Virus record (IMG/VR): IMGVR_UViG_3300005764_000027
Location: 1-46,689 of that record
Length of the DNA stretch: 46,689 nt
Origin: a virus
Lineage: Duplodnaviria; Caudoviricetes
Reading direction: 5' to 3' (one strand)
A model generated the notes under the pieces. It searched no databases. It was not told the origin of the DNA and was given only the letters and a program-made list of their open reading frames with translations. The position numbers were made by a program, and so were the translations under genes. Of the stretch, positions 45,232 through 46,689 are shown one piece after another; positions within the stretch are counted from its first letter, which is position 1; each line of letters opens with the position of its first letter.

Positions 45232-45870
45232 TTAGTCGCTTCCCCGGTTCCAGGGATGCAATGGGTCCGTCGGCATTCCTTGCGCGTCGCAATCGCCCTT
45301 CATGATCCCCGGATCATTGTATCGCTCGCGCATCATCCAGGCATTGACCAGATCGTAATGCCGCGCCCAATCGTATTGACGCTCTGGATCGTTCCGGATG
45401 CGACGGAGGAGCTCGGCGCGATCCGGCAAGAGAAGGACGACCTCCTCCGCGTTGAGAATTCCCCGCCACCATTCCCGCAAGCGATGCGACGGCGCATTGA
45501 TGACGACCCATGCCAGCCGCTCCGCGGGCTCGTGCGCGAGCGCGGCCATGCGCGCATTGCGCTCCGCGAGGACCTCGCCGACCTGGTCGCCGCTCCGCTC
45601 CAGCCCGAAACCCATCTCCCGCGCGATTAGATCGAAGTCTATGACGATATCGTCCGCGCGCGCGTGCGCCCGCACGTAAGTCGTCTTCCCCGCCGCTGGC
45701 GGACCGCAAACGAGCTTCACGCGACACGTCGGCCGCGGCAAATCCGGACGCGCCATGTCCGCGATTGCCGTCATCGATCTCAGTCTCCGCCGCGGATCAC
45801 GCTCCGGCCATTCGACGTCGCCGAGATCGCGCTCGCCCAGGATCGCGTCGTCGCGCCATCGCCGCATCAT
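45232..45870 (-). CDS. P-loop NTPase/kinase (AAA_33-like)
   Basis: LVCGPPAAGKTTYV...DIVIDFD; start 45870 (ATGA overlap) or 45774. Confidence 0.8.
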   Translation of the reverse strand: MMRRWRDDAILGERDLGDVEWPERDPRRRLRSMTAIADMARPDLPRPTCRVKLVCGPPAAGKTTYVRAHARADDIVIDFDLIAREMGFGLERSGDQVGEVLAERNARMAALAHEPAERLAWVVINAPSHRLREWWRGILNAEEVVLLLPDRAELLRRIRNDPERQYDWARHYDLVNAWMMRERYNDPGIMKGDCDAQGMPTDPLHPWNRGSD

Positions 45871-46469
45871 TCGAGGACCGTCGTCCCCATCTCGACGCGA
45901 ACGCCCGCGAGCTCCTTCATCACGGCCTCGAGACGCTGGAGCGCGTCCGCTTGCTGCGCGAGCGGTCCCTTCACGACGATCCAAAATTCGTCCTTGACCG
46001 GACCGGTCTCGACCTCGACGTCGCGCACCGTGAGCTGCGGCCCGCCCTCGTCATCGCCGCGGAGCGTCTTCGCCTCCGCCGCCGACAGTCCGAGCTTCGT
46101 GATATCGAAACCGAGATCGTCCAGGTCCGCGACCGCGAGCGACATGAGCGCCTCGTCCCATCCCGCATTGCTCGCGATCTTGTTGTCGGCGATGCGATAG
46201 GCGTCGATCTGTTCCGGCGTCCAGCCGCGACCGACGATGACCGGGACCTCTCCTAGCCCTAATCGCTCCGCGGCGAGGACCCTCCCATGACCGGCGATGA
46301 TTATCCCCGTCTCTCCGACGAGGACCGGCATGGTCCATCCCCACTCCTCGATGGAGCGCGCGATCTGTGCGATCTGATCGTCGGAATGCGTCCGCGCGTT
46401 GCGCGCATACGGCGCAAGCTCGACGACCTTTCGGCGCTCGATCTGATCGGCAGGCCACGCAACCGTCAT
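45867..46469 (-). CDS. ParB/Srx-like N-terminal domain protein
   Basis: LAPYARNARTHSDDQIAQIARSIEEWGWTMPVLV...IIAGHGRVLAA...AYRIADNK; GGAGG RBS. Confidence 0.92.
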   Translation of the reverse strand: MTVAWPADQIERRKVVELAPYARNARTHSDDQIAQIARSIEEWGWTMPVLVGETGIIIAGHGRVLAAERLGLGEVPVIVGRGWTPEQIDAYRIADNKIASNAGWDEALMSLAVADLDDLGFDITKLGLSAAEAKTLRGDDEGGPQLTVRDVEVETGPVKDEFWIVVKGPLAQQADALQRLEAVMKELAGVRVEMGTTVLE

Positions 46470-46689
46470 CTCCGTCCTCCCATGGGACCCCGCCCACTCC
46501 GACCGCGGCGGCATTCTGGCACCGAGCCAATAGGACGCCCGCCCGCGGCCTTTTTGGGGGTCCGACCTCCTATCCCCCATCCCCATCCCAGGAGGCCGCC
46601 GTTTGCTTCCCGCCCGCGCCCTGGACCCCGTTCCAGGCCATAGGTCCCGCGGACCCCTGACATTTTTACCGCGGGAGCGCGCGAAAAAT

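Larger units (their letters stand above)
1..46689. mobile_element. Tailed phage/prophage genome segment (HK97-type head, Mu-like contractile tail)
   Basis: Continuous terminase-capsid-portal-sheath-tube-baseplate-fibre gene set; no host housekeeping genes seen. Confidence 0.96.

Noticed and set aside
31418-46544. 13-nt match AGGACGCCCGCCC in two intergenic regions (near 31418 and 46532)
   Set aside because: Short and GC-rich; cannot be distinguished from chance without statistics
1-46689. Tailocin, gene transfer agent or eCIS interpretation; also apparent k-mer avoidance (e.g. CTGCAG)
   Set aside because: A full head/packaging set plus an early accessory block fits a genuine phage; k-mer depletion could not be verified by eye and needs a count against a Markov model

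Overview
The window is about 46.7 kb of a high-GC (roughly mid-60s % by eye) tailed phage or prophage. The host is most likely alphaproteobacterial; this is an inference from composition and a GcrA-like HTH gene. The minus strand carries the late/morphogenesis operon, read from right to left: ParB-like protein, P-loop protein and SAM methyltransferase; then TerS (P27-type), TerL, a TPR/GT9-like glycosyltransferase, a Methyltransf_24-like enzyme, a stand-alone HK97-fold capsid paralog, a protease-major capsid fusion, portal, a collagen fibre, head-tail joining proteins, and a Mu-like contractile tail. The tail region comprises sheath, tube, a chaperone with a -1 frameshift, TWO paralogous tape-measure-like proteins with different peptidoglycan hydrolases, a split gpN, hub, spike, extra fibres, the gp46/47/48 baseplate and fibres running off the left edge. 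An ~8 kb plus-strand block of small early/accessory genes (36.6-44.5 kb) interrupts the packaging region. It has three near-identical sigma70 promoters carrying TAGGACC boxes, four copies of a CAAGGGC-loop-GCCC-GGAGA leader hairpin, a structured 5' RNA, a perfect CRP-type box, a PAPS-reductase-like gene and a radical SAM gene. No integrase, replication, holin/endolysin, CRISPR, tRNA or reverse transcriptase was recognised, so the genome is partial here. The most notable features are the duplicated capsid plus duplicated tape measure (heteromeric or dimorphic virion?), the candidate virion glycosylation/methylation pair, a candidate DNA-modification set and the repeated cis-regulatory grammar.
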